This document shows, piece after piece, positions 9,005 to 17,756 of a stretch of DNA of 64,000 nt. The notes beneath the pieces were generated by a model. That model did not search any database, was not told the DNA's origin, and was given only the letters and a program-made list of their open reading frames with translations. A program made the position numbers and the translations under genes. The stretch covers positions 19,238 through 83,237 of the forward strand of contig DATLZE010000109.1 in the NCBI GenBank assembly GCA_035574195.1, given 5' to 3'. Origin of the DNA: Burkholderiales bacterium. Lineage in GTDB: Bacteria > Pseudomonadota > Gammaproteobacteria > Burkholderiales > SG8-41. The first letter of the stretch is position 1. Each line of letters opens with the position of its first letter.

Positions 9005-9913
9005 ATGTTCGCGCCGCCCCAGACGATCACCGCGGAAGTCTTCGCGGAGCTCCCTGAAAAATTCCGCAAGCGCGGAGTGCCTCTCGAGCGCATGGCGCGC
9101 AGCATTCCGCGCGCCGGCTGCTTTCTCGAGGGGCCGGCCTTCGACCGCGAAGGCTACCTCTACTGCGTGGACATTCCCTTCGGGCGGATCTTCCGGATCT
9201 CGCCCGGCGGACAATGGGAGCTCGTGGTGGAGTACGACGGCGAGCCGAACGGGCTCAAGATCCACCGCGACGGGCGCATCTTCGTCGCCGATTTCAAGAA
9301 CGGGCTGATGCTGCTCGATGCGCGGCGCGGGCGGATCGAGCCGCTGATCTCCCGCTACAACGCCGAGCGCTTCAGGGGATTGAACGACCTCTTCTTCGCC
9401 TCCAACGGCGACCTCTATTTCACCGACCAGGGCCAGACCGGGCTGCAGGACCCTAGCGGGCGGGTCTACCGCCTGCGCGCGAGCGGCGAGCTCGCCGTGC
9501 TCGCCGCCAATCTCCCGAGCCCGAACGGCCTCGCGCTCAACCGCGCCGAGAACGCGCTCTACGTCGCGGTTACCCGGGCGAACGCCGTGTGGCGGCTGCC
9601 GCTCGCCGCCGACGGCACCGTCTCGCGCATGGGCGTCTTCATCCAGCTCTCGGGCGGGCGCGGGCCGGACGGGATCGCGCCCGACGAGGCCGACGGGCTC
9701 GCAGTCGCGCACCCGGACATGGGCGCGGTGTGGATCTTCAACCACCGCGGCGAGCCGCTGCTGCGCATCCAGTCGCCGAAGAGCGAGGTCGTGACCAACG
9801 TCGCCTACGGCGGTCCCGACCGCAGGACCCTCTACATCGTGGATTCGGAAGCGGGCTCGATCCTCACCGCGCGCGTGCCGGTCCCGGGAAGGCCCCTCTA
9901 CTCCCACCTGTAG
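9005..9913 (+). CDS. SMP-30/gluconolactonase/LRE-family lactonase
   Basis: ORF 8765..9913 trimmed to ATG 9005 (MFAPPQTITAEVFAELPE...). Blocks EGPAFDREGYLYCVD, PNGLKI, NDLFFASNGDLYFTD, PNGLAL and DGIAPD are typical six-bladed propeller lactonase motifs. Confidence 0.8.
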   Translation: MFAPPQTITAEVFAELPEKFRKRGVPLERMARSIPRAGCFLEGPAFDREGYLYCVDIPFGRIFRISPGGQWELVVEYDGEPNGLKIHRDGRIFVADFKNGLMLLDARRGRIEPLISRYNAERFRGLNDLFFASNGDLYFTDQGQTGLQDPSGRVYRLRASGELAVLAANLPSPNGLALNRAENALYVAVTRANAVWRLPLAADGTVSRMGVFIQLSGGRGPDGIAPDEADGLAVAHPDMGAVWIFNHRGEPLLRIQSPKSEVVTNVAYGGPDRRTLYIVDSEAGSILTARVPVPGRPLYSHL

Positions 9914-9925
9914 CGGCGGCTGCCG

Positions 9926-10531
9926 TCACTTCCTGCGCCAGATCAGCAGGCAGTCGCGGTTGCGCCACGAGCCCAGGCAGAAGCGGCGCCGGTTGCTCGC
10001 GGTGTCGAGCCAGGCGCGCTCGATCGCGAGGTTGGCGCCGTCCTCGCGCGGGGCTTCGAGCCGGCGCACGCTCCGGCCGACGCGGCGGATGTCGCGCCGC
10101 CAGTAGGGATCGAAGAAGTAGAGCCGCTTCGCGTCGGCGCGCAGCGCCAGCACGTAGTGCCAGTCGCCGTGATCGTAAGTGATGTTGAGCAGCGCCACGC
10201 CTCCGTCGTTCAGGCACTCGACGATGCGGTTGCCGCGCCCGAGGTGCACTTCGCGCCCCGCCAGGAACTCGGTGCGCACCCCGAACCGGTCGGTGGAGAA
10301 CTGCTCCAGCCAGTGCGCGAGCAGCCGCACGCTCTCGTCGGAGCTGCCGCGAGCGAAGGTGCCACGGCGCCCTGCCGCGTCGAGCGTATAGAGGTAGATC
10401 CGCTGCACCACTTCGGGCGGGATCTCTTCGCGCTCGAAAAGATAGGCGATCGCGTTGCCGATGGTGGTCGGCACGCAGTCGTACTCCGAGAACTGATAGC
10501 GCAGCGGCGCGCGCCTCTTGACCGGAGCCAT
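9926..10531 (-). CDS. hypothetical protein with C39/papain-like cysteine-peptidase signature
   Basis: C-terminal 201 codons of ORF 9926..12067, from ATG 10531 (MAPVKRRAPLRYQFSEYDCVPTT...). Q13-x5-C19 and H125-x15-D141 reproduce the Gln/Cys/His/Asp spacing of C39 peptidase domains. No signal peptide or ABC domain. Starts 26 nt after the PrpD-family stop. Confidence 0.45.
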   Translation of the reverse strand: MAPVKRRAPLRYQFSEYDCVPTTIGNAIAYLFEREEIPPEVVQRIYLYTLDAAGRRGTFARGSSDESVRLLAHWLEQFSTDRFGVRTEFLAGREVHLGRGNRIVECLNDGGVALLNITYDHGDWHYVLALRADAKRLYFFDPYWRRDIRRVGRSVRRLEAPREDGANLAIERAWLDTASNRRRFCLGSWRNRDCLLIWRRK

Positions 10532-10557
10532 TTCGAATCCGCGGTTCCCGGCCGCCG

Positions 10558-12000
10558 CTATAGCGCCACCAGGTCCATGAACTCGTTGACCGGCATCGCC
10601 TCCAGGCGCGCGCGCTCGAGGCACGCCTCGAGGATCGCTGCGCGGCGCTTGCCCGCGAACACGCGGCAGAGAGCGCGCTCGAACTTCTCCATCAGCGCCG
10701 GAGCCGCCTCCTTGCGCCGCCGGCGGTGGCCGAGGGGATAGAGCACCTCGCACCACGGCAGGCTCGTGCCGTTGCGGAACGTGACCCGGATCCCGTTCGC
10801 ATTGGCGCGCCGCGCCGGATCGTGATAGGCCCGTTCGTAGGGCGCGTATTCGACGAGCTTCATCTTCGCGCGCAGGGCGTCGATGCGCGGGTCCGCCGCG
10901 ATGCGATCCTCGTAGTGCTCCGCGGTGAGCGTCCCGTAGATCATGCCGACCGCGATCATGTACTGCATGCAGTGGTCGCGGTCCGCGGGGTTGTGAAGCG
11001 GCCCCGTCTTGTCGAGGATCACCATGGTCGAATGATGGCAGCGCACGTCCACGCGGGCGATGTCCTGCAGCCGGTCCTTCACCAGTGGGTGCAGCCGGAT
11101 CGCCGCCTCCACCGCGCTCTGGCCATGGAACGCCGTGGGGTACGGGATCTTGAACAGCACGTTCTCCATGACGTAGGTGCCGAATGGGCGCTGAAAGCGC
11201 AGCGGCCGCCCCCCGAACAGCACGTCGTAGAAGCCCCAGGTCGGGGCGGTGAGCGCCGAGGGGCAGCCGATCTCGCCTTTCACCGCCAGCAGCGCGAGCC
11301 GCACCCCGCGGCTCGCCGCATCGCCCGCCGCCCAGGACTTGCGCGGACCGGTGTTGGGCTTCCTGCGGAAGGTCGCGAGGGCATGGCCGTCCACCCATGC
11401 CTGGGAGAGCGCGTTCACGATTTCCTCGTGCGTGCCGCCGAGCAGTTTGGTCACGACCGGAGCGGTCGCGATCTTCACCAGCAGCGTGTGGTCGAGCCCG
11501 CGCGCGGTGAAGCCGTTCTCGAGCGCGAGCCCGCCCATGATCTCGTAGGCCTTGACCGCGGCCTCCAGCACCTCGCGCACGAGCAGCGGCCGTTTTCTGG
11601 CTGCCGCGCGGGTGCGCGAGAGCCAGTCGGCCACCGCGAGGATGGCGGAGAAGGTGTCCGAGGGATGGATCACCGTCTCGCCGTAGAACGCGTCGTTGAA
11701 GTCGAGCCAGCGCACCAGCACGCCGATGTTGAACGCGGCGCGCTCGGGGTCGAGCACGTACGGCGTGCCCGGAACGCGCGCGCCTTGCGGCACGATCGTG
11801 CCCGGCACCACCGGCCCGAGCAGCTTGGTGCACGCCGGATACGAGAGCGCCTCGAAGCCGCAGGCGAGGCTGTCGAGCAGCGCGAGCCGCGCGGTCTCGA
11901 GCGCGGTCTCGCTGCGCACCGCGTAGCGCTCCACGTAGTCGGCGATGCGGACGAGGACCCCGTCGGGCGCGGGGCGGACGTTGGTTGCGCGGGCTGACAT
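10558..12000 (-). CDS. MmgE/PrpD-family dehydratase (2-methylcitrate dehydratase-like)
   Basis: ORF 10558..12114 trimmed to ATG 12000 (MSARATNVRPAPDGVLVRIADYV...), 480 aa. Family blocks include LDS..C, WLDFND, HPSD and KSWAAGDA. Confidence 0.8.
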   Translation of the reverse strand: MSARATNVRPAPDGVLVRIADYVERYAVRSETALETARLALLDSLACGFEALSYPACTKLLGPVVPGTIVPQGARVPGTPYVLDPERAAFNIGVLVRWLDFNDAFYGETVIHPSDTFSAILAVADWLSRTRAAARKRPLLVREVLEAAVKAYEIMGGLALENGFTARGLDHTLLVKIATAPVVTKLLGGTHEEIVNALSQAWVDGHALATFRRKPNTGPRKSWAAGDAASRGVRLALLAVKGEIGCPSALTAPTWGFYDVLFGGRPLRFQRPFGTYVMENVLFKIPYPTAFHGQSAVEAAIRLHPLVKDRLQDIARVDVRCHHSTMVILDKTGPLHNPADRDHCMQYMIAVGMIYGTLTAEHYEDRIAADPRIDALRAKMKLVEYAPYERAYHDPARRANANGIRVTFRNGTSLPWCEVLYPLGHRRRRKEAAPALMEKFERALCRVFAGKRRAAILEACLERARLEAMPVNEFMDLVAL

Positions 12001-12068
12001 GGGCGGGGAGTTTCCGGTGCTCGTGCCGGCCCGGATTATAGCCGCGGGCAGGGCAGGCCGCCCGCACG

Positions 12069-12094
12069 ACAAAAGCGCCTCCCGAAGGAGGCGC
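12069..12094 (-). terminator. rho-independent terminator after Bug gene 12118..13107
   Basis: Minus strand reads GCGCCTCC-TTCG-GGAGGCGC (8-bp GC stem, tetraloop) followed by TTTTGT. Confidence 0.7.
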
Positions 12095-12117
12095 TGCGCG
12101 AGTCCCGCGCGCAAGGC

Positions 12118-13107
12118 CTACTGCACCTTGATGTTCGCCTTCCTGATGACCTCGGCGTATTTTCTGACCTCGCGCTCGAACAGCTCAGCGAGCTCGGCCG
12201 GGGAGCTGCCGATCGCGTCAAGGGCCTCCCGCTGGTAGAACGTGGCCACCTTGTCGTTCTGCAGCGCAGTCCTGATGAGCTGGTTCATCCTGCCGACAAT
12301 CTCTTGGGGCGTGCCTCTCGGGAAGAACATCGCATACCAGTTGTCGGCCTCGAAGCCCGGCACGAAGCTCGCCATGGTCGGCAAGTCGGGGAAGGCGGAG
12401 GACTTCTTCGGCGAAGTGACCGCGAGGCAGCGGATCCTGCCCACTTTCAGGTTGGTCGCTGCCACCGGCCCGGTGGCGAACAAGAAGTCGATCTCGCCGG
12501 TCATGAGCGCCTGCATCGAGGGCCCGCCGCCCTTGAAGGCGATGATCACGGTGTCGAGCCCCACCATCTGCTTGAGCATCTCCCCCGCGAGATGGCTGGT
12601 CGTGCCGGTGGCGTTGACGCCGTTGTTGAGCCTGCCCGGATTTTTCCTGGCGAGCGAGATGAGATCGTTCACGGACCTCGCCGGCACGCTCGGGTGCACG
12701 CACAGCACGAGCGGCGTCGAGGACACCCAGCTCACCGGCGCGAGATCGGCGCGCGGGTCGAACTTCAGGGTCTTGGCGAACAGCGTGGTATTGACTGCGA
12801 GCGAGGCCGTCGTGAACAGGATCGTGTAGCCGTCGGGAGGGGACTGGGCGGCGAGTTCCGCGCCGATGATTCCGCCCGCCCCGGCGCGGTTGTCGGTGAT
12901 GAAGGTCTGCCCGGTGCTCTGCCTGAAACTCTCTGCGAGCAGCCGCGCCTGGATGTCGGTGCCGCCGCCGGTGCCGAACGGCACGATCATGCGCACCGGC
13001 CGCGCCGGCCAGCTCTGCGCGTGCAGGGCCGCGGAAACCGCCGCCAATACGCACGCCGCGGCGAAGCCGAGCAGGCACAATGCCGCTTCTCGCATCTTCA
13101 TGGTCAT
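12118..13107 (-). CDS. Bug/TctC-family periplasmic solute-binding protein
   Basis: 329-aa ORF: ...AALHAQSWPARPVRMIVPFGTGGGTDIQAR... The start may be one of three ATGs at the N-terminus (MTMKM). Confidence 0.9.
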   Translation of the reverse strand: MTMKMREAALCLLGFAAACVLAAVSAALHAQSWPARPVRMIVPFGTGGGTDIQARLLAESFRQSTGQTFITDNRAGAGGIIGAELAAQSPPDGYTILFTTASLAVNTTLFAKTLKFDPRADLAPVSWVSSTPLVLCVHPSVPARSVNDLISLARKNPGRLNNGVNATGTTSHLAGEMLKQMVGLDTVIIAFKGGGPSMQALMTGEIDFLFATGPVAATNLKVGRIRCLAVTSPKKSSAFPDLPTMASFVPGFEADNWYAMFFPRGTPQEIVGRMNQLIRTALQNDKVATFYQREALDAIGSSPAELAELFEREVRKYAEVIRKANIKVQ

Positions 13108-13230
13108 GGGTTCCTCCTCGTCGGATTATGGGTGCTGCACGCTTATGGTTCCACAACATGAACTTGGAGGCAACCCGATGCTTTTCCATACGCTTTGTGC
13201 ACTCGGCTGCCCGCGCCCGGTGCGAGCGCG

Positions 13231-13258
13231 CAAAAAAACAGGGGCCGGCGGCCCCTGT
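13231..13258 (-). terminator. rho-independent terminator after Bug gene 13281..14246
   Basis: Minus strand reads ACAGGGGCC-GCC-GGCCCCTGT (9-bp stem) followed by TTTTTTTG. Confidence 0.8.
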
Positions 13259-13280
13259 TACTGGAATATCGCAGCGCCCC

Positions 13281-14246
13281 CTACTGCTGCGGGATGTTGC
13301 GCGCCTTGATGAGCTTGGCGTACTTCTCGATCTCCTTTCGGAAGTAGGCAGCGAGCTCCTCTGGCGTGCTGCCCACCGGATCGGCGCCCTCGCTCACCAT
13401 GAAATTGCGGATTTCCTCGGATTTCAACGCCTTCACGATCTCGGCGTTGAGCTTTGCCACGATCTCCTTCGGGGTGCCGGTCGGGAAGAACATGGCGTAC
13501 CAGTTGTCGGACTCGAAGCCCGGGTAGATCGAGTTCATGGTTGGCAGATTCGGGAACACGCCGGCGGGCTTGGGAGTGGTCACGGCGAGCGCCCTCACCT
13601 TGCCGGACTTGATATGGGGCTGCGCCGCGAGCGCGGTGGCGAACACGAAATCCACCTCCCCGGTGATGAGCCCGGTCATCGCCGGCCCGCCGCCCTTGTA
13701 GGCGATGTTGGGCAGGCTCAGCCCGGTGAAGTAGTTGAACATCTCGACCGAGAGGAAGCTGGTGGTGCCGGCGCCGTTGTTGCCGGGCGTGAGCCGCCCC
13801 TTCTTCGCGAGCGCGATCAACTCCTTCACCGACTTCGCCGGCACGCTGGGATGCACCACCAGCACCAGCGGCACCGAGGACACCCAGCTCACCGGGGCGA
13901 GGTCCTTCAGGGGGTCGAACGCGATCTTCTTGTAGAGGCTGACGTTCACGGAAAGCGAGGCAGTGGTGAAGAGGATGGTGTAGCCGTCGGGTGGCGACTT
14001 GGCGGCGAGCTCGGCACCGATCAGGCCGGCCGCCCCGGCGCGGTTGTCCACGACGAAAGTCTGGCCCATGCTCTCCAGGAACTTCTTGGCGAGCAGCCGG
14101 CCCTGGATGTCGGTGCCGCCGCCGGGCCCGAACGGCACGATGATGCGCACCGGCTTCGCTGGCCACGCCTGGGCGAACGCCGGGCCGCCCAGCGCGAACG
14201 CGAGCCCTGCCACCACGAACCCTCGCAACAATCCACGCATGCTCAT
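13281..14246 (-). CDS. Bug/TctC-family periplasmic solute-binding protein
   Basis: ORF 13281..14351 trimmed to ATG 14246 (MSMRGLLRGFVVAGLAFALGGPAFAQAWPAKPVRIIVPFGPGGGTD), with GAGGAGA Shine-Dalgarno upstream. Confidence 0.9.
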   Translation of the reverse strand: MSMRGLLRGFVVAGLAFALGGPAFAQAWPAKPVRIIVPFGPGGGTDIQGRLLAKKFLESMGQTFVVDNRAGAAGLIGAELAAKSPPDGYTILFTTASLSVNVSLYKKIAFDPLKDLAPVSWVSSVPLVLVVHPSVPAKSVKELIALAKKGRLTPGNNGAGTTSFLSVEMFNYFTGLSLPNIAYKGGGPAMTGLITGEVDFVFATALAAQPHIKSGKVRALAVTTPKPAGVFPNLPTMNSIYPGFESDNWYAMFFPTGTPKEIVAKLNAEIVKALKSEEIRNFMVSEGADPVGSTPEELAAYFRKEIEKYAKLIKARNIPQQ

Positions 14247-14301
14247 CGCTTTCTCTCCTCTGTCGTTTATGGTCAGCGGGCGATTCCCGACCCGCCTCCG
14301 C

Positions 14302-15225
14302 TCAGCCGCGATAGATCGGATCGGGCCGGCTGAAGAACGAGTGCAGGACATGGTAAACCATCAGGTAATTGATCTGCTGGAAGCTCGCGTGCGAGATGCC
14401 GGGCATCACGGTGAATTGCTTGTCCGGGTTGGGCAGGCGCCGGAAGAATTCGAGCAGATCCTCGAGCGAGGCGATGCCGTCGTACTGGCCGCGCATGATG
14501 AGCGTCGGCGCCACGATCTTCTCCGGGTCCACGACCGGCAGCCTGGCGCACATGTCCACGTAGGTGCCGGTCGGCACCGAATCGTCGAGCGCGAGGACCG
14601 CGTCGGCGAAGGCCTCGATCACCCGCTCCTCGGCACAGCCGGGATGGTCGCGGTTGAAAATGCTGTGCACGAAGGCGCGGTCAATCGGGCGGCGGTTCCT
14701 CGCGCTGAACTCCGGCAGCCTCTTGCGCCGCTCGGCGAGCGTCGGGCTGCCCTCGCCGGTCCAGACAAAGGCGTCGAGCGCGAGCCGTTTCACCCGCTCA
14801 GGATGGCGGCTCGCGAAGAGCGCGGCGCGCAGCGCCCCGGAGGAAATGCCGTAGAGCAGGAACTCGCGCGTGCCGCGCGCCTTCGTGATGTAGTCGGTGG
14901 CGGCGGCGAGATCATCGGCTCCGTTCGCGATGTCGCAGTTGATGTCGCGCTTCTTGTCCGAGCGCCCGTAACCTTCCATGTCCACGCACCAGGTGTCGAA
15001 GCCCTGCTCGCAGAAATAGTCCATCACCGAGGAGTACGGCCGCCCCGGCACCTGGAGGTCGAAGGTGGGCTGGGAGGCCATCGAGGAGCCGTGCACGAAG
15101 AGGATCGTCCCCGCCGGCCCTCGCGGTGCGATCGCGCGCTTCTCCCACAGGAAGAGGCGCACCTCGCCCTTGTTCGTCCAGTGTTCCTGCCCGGTGATGC
15201 GCGCGCCGGATAGCCGTTGCTCCAC
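14302..15225 (-). CDS. alpha/beta-fold hydrolase
   Basis: C-terminal part of ORF 14302..16380. Nucleophile elbow GISSGA; HGSS oxyanion region (ILFVHGSS). No ATG; GTG at 15225 (VEQRLSGARITGQEHW...) has AGAGG upstream. The start is uncertain. Confidence 0.7.
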   Translation of the reverse strand: MEQRLSGARITGQEHWTNKGEVRLFLWEKRAIAPRGPAGTILFVHGSSMASQPTFDLQVPGRPYSSVMDYFCEQGFDTWCVDMEGYGRSDKKRDINCDIANGADDLAAATDYITKARGTREFLLYGISSGALRAALFASRHPERVKRLALDAFVWTGEGSPTLAERRKRLPEFSARNRRPIDRAFVHSIFNRDHPGCAEERVIEAFADAVLALDDSVPTGTYVDMCARLPVVDPEKIVAPTLIMRGQYDGIASLEDLLEFFRRLPNPDKQFTVMPGISHASFQQINYLMVYHVLHSFFSRPDPIYRG

Positions 15226-15381
15226 GGTAACCTCTGCGGGGAAGCGTTCGAATCGGGGGAGGCCGAAGTGTAGGGCACCGGCTCGCGCAGCGTCAAATGC
15301 GCAGCACGGTTTGCGGCTGCGGCGCCGCGCCCTATACTGGCGGCCGGCAGGCCGAACGATTCGCGACCCGGGTTTACGAGG

Positions 15382-16548
15382 ATGGATTTCAGGATCAGCG
15401 AGGAACAGCGCGCCTTCGTGGACGCCGTGCGCCGCGTCTGCCAGAAGGAGTTCAAGCCGCGCGCGATCCGCTATCTCGACGGTACCTGGCCTGCGGAGAA
15501 CATGCGGCGGCTCGCCGAGATCGGTGTGCTCGGCATGGCGGTGCCGCGGGAATACGGCGGCTCCGGGCTCGGCATCCTCGACACCGTGCTGGTGCTCGAG
15601 GAAATCGCCAAGGTGTGCTATGTCACGGCGATGGCGGCGCTCGGAGAGGTGGGCGTGCAGACCCGCATCATCGCCACCTACGCCCCGGAGGCGATACGCG
15701 GCCGCATCCTGCCGCGGGTCGCGAGCGGGGATGCGATACTCGCGATCTGCATGACCGAGCCCGACGCCGGCACCGACGTTCCGAACTACACCACCAACTG
15801 CGACATCCGCGGCGAGCACGTGGTGCTGAACGGGGTCAAGACGCTGATCTCGCGCGCCGACATCGCCGAAATGCTGGTCGTGTTCACGCGCGTCAACCGC
15901 GTGCCCGGCGCGAGGGGCATCGGCTGCGTGCTGGTGCCCGGTAAAGCCAAAGGCGTGACCGCCCGGGCGAGTTTTCACACGATGGGCGGGGAGTACCTGT
16001 GCGAGGTCGTGTTCGACAACGTGGAGCTGCCCCTCGAGAACCTGGTCATCCGCGAGGACGGCATGAAGCGGCTGCTCTCGGCGTTCAACACCCAGCGCTG
16101 TCTCAACCCCGCGATCTGCCTCGGACTCGCCGAGGGCGCGCTCGAGGAGGCGGTCGGCTACATGCGCAGCCGCTCGGCCTTCGGGCACAAGATCGGCGAG
16201 TTCCAGGGGCTGCGCTGGAAAGTCGCCGACATGTACATCCAGATCGAGGCGGCGCGCGGGCTGCTCTACCGTGCCGCGGTGAGCGGGGGCGAGTTCCCGG
16301 ACCCCGTGCTCGCTGCGATGGCCAAGATCTACTGCAACGAGATGAGCATCCGCGTCACCTCGGAGGCGATCCAGATCCACGGCGGCTACGGCTTCACCGA
16401 CGAATTCGCGGTCTCGCGCTATTTCCGCGGCACGCGCTACGGCAGCCTCGGCGGCGGTACCACCGAGACGTTGAGGAATCTCGTGGGCAGGAAGCTCGTC
16501 GAGGAGATGGATCTCGTGACCGGCTGCCTCGGGATGGGAATGTTCTAG
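15382..16548 (+). CDS. acyl-CoA dehydrogenase family protein
   Basis: 388-aa ORF with typical ACAD blocks (AICMTEPDAGTD, GVKTLIS, IHGGYGF). Divergent from the hydrolase. Confidence 0.85.
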   Translation: MDFRISEEQRAFVDAVRRVCQKEFKPRAIRYLDGTWPAENMRRLAEIGVLGMAVPREYGGSGLGILDTVLVLEEIAKVCYVTAMAALGEVGVQTRIIATYAPEAIRGRILPRVASGDAILAICMTEPDAGTDVPNYTTNCDIRGEHVVLNGVKTLISRADIAEMLVVFTRVNRVPGARGIGCVLVPGKAKGVTARASFHTMGGEYLCEVVFDNVELPLENLVIREDGMKRLLSAFNTQRCLNPAICLGLAEGALEEAVGYMRSRSAFGHKIGEFQGLRWKVADMYIQIEAARGLLYRAAVSGGEFPDPVLAAMAKIYCNEMSIRVTSEAIQIHGGYGFTDEFAVSRYFRGTRYGSLGGGTTETLRNLVGRKLVEEMDLVTGCLGMGMF

Positions 16549-16583
16549 CCCCTGCGGTCACGAGCCGCGGGTCACCCCTTGCT

Positions 16584-17639
16584 CTAATAGATCGGCTTCG
16601 GCCGCAGGTAGCGGTCGCGGTCCATGGACTTGACCGTCACTTTCTCCACGCGGTTGCCGCGCAGGACCTCGAGCTGAACCTCCACGCCCGCCTCGCCCTG
16701 GCGCCACAGCCTCTGGTAGAAATCGGCCTGGCCCTTGATCGGCTGGCCGCCGATGCCGACGATCACGTCGCCCACGCGGATCGCGGCCTCGTCGGCCGGC
16801 CCCTCGGGCGAGACCCGCGTCACGATCAGGTTGCCCTGTACTTCCTGGGTGTTGACGCCGAGCCAAGGACGCGGGCGCGGGGAGGAGCGGCCGGTCGCGA
16901 GCAGATCGCCGAGCACGGGCTTGAGCAAGTCGATCGGCACGAACATGTTGCCGGGGATCTGCGCGCGCGTGCCGGTGGCATCCCCCACCACCAGAGAGCC
17001 GATGCCGAGGAGCTTGCCCCCGCGGTCGAGCAGCGCGGCGCCGCTCCAGTTGACGGTGGCCGGCGCCGTATAGATCGCCTCCTCGAGCAGGTACTCCCAG
17101 TAGCCGACGAAGGGACGGCGCGAAACCACGTAGGCGGGCGCCACCCCGTCGAATCCCACGATCAGCACCAGCTCGCGCTCGGCCACAGCCGAGGACCGGC
17201 CGAACTGGATCGGTTTCACCGGCAGCGGGCGCAGTGCGCGCAGCAGTCCGAAGCCAGTGGCGTTGTCGTGAGCGATCACGGTGGCGGGGAAAACCCGTCC
17301 GTCGGCGGTGGACAGCTCGACGGTCTCCGCCTCCAGGATCAGGTAGCCGATGGTGAGCACCAGCCCCTCGGAGTCGATCACCACGCCGCTGCCCTCGCGC
17401 TGGTTGCCGAGAGTGATGGAGGTGCGCGCGTTCGCCACCGCCTTGCTGCGGACCTTCACCACCGAGAGCGCGTCGACAGTGAGCTCCTGGCGCATGCGCG
17501 CCGCCGGAGGAGAAGGTTGCTGCGCCTGCTGCGCCCCGGCAGCCGTGCACAGCACGAGCCCCAGCGCCGCCGCGAGCCCCGCCGCAGCGCCGCGCCCGCC
17601 GACCAGGCGGCGCCCCTGCGCCTGCAAACACTGCGTCAT
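16584..17639 (-). CDS. HtrA/S1C-like trypsin-fold protein with C-terminal PDZ domain (non-canonical triad)
   Basis: ORF 16584..18431 trimmed to ATG 17639 (MTQCLQAQGRR..., signal-like). GSGVVIDSEGLVLTIGYLI aligns by eye with GSGxIIxxxGYILTNxHVV, and NWSGAALLD with GNSGGALVN. PDZ-like GVNTQEVQGNLIVTRVSPEGPADEAAIRVGDVIVGIGG. Confidence 0.7.
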   Translation of the reverse strand: MTQCLQAQGRRLVGGRGAAAGLAAALGLVLCTAAGAQQAQQPSPPAARMRQELTVDALSVVKVRSKAVANARTSITLGNQREGSGVVIDSEGLVLTIGYLILEAETVELSTADGRVFPATVIAHDNATGFGLLRALRPLPVKPIQFGRSSAVAERELVLIVGFDGVAPAYVVSRRPFVGYWEYLLEEAIYTAPATVNWSGAALLDRGGKLLGIGSLVVGDATGTRAQIPGNMFVPIDLLKPVLGDLLATGRSSPRPRPWLGVNTQEVQGNLIVTRVSPEGPADEAAIRVGDVIVGIGGQPIKGQADFYQRLWRQGEAGVEVQLEVLRGNRVEKVTVKSMDRDRYLRPKPIY

Positions 17640-17756
17640 GCCGTCATTCCTCGCTGGCAATGCCTTCGCCGTATCGTATTCCCAATCCCGGGATTTGATA
17701 ATAGCCGGCCGCGCACGCGTTAAAATCGCCACCATCAAAGGGGAGATCGAGCATCC

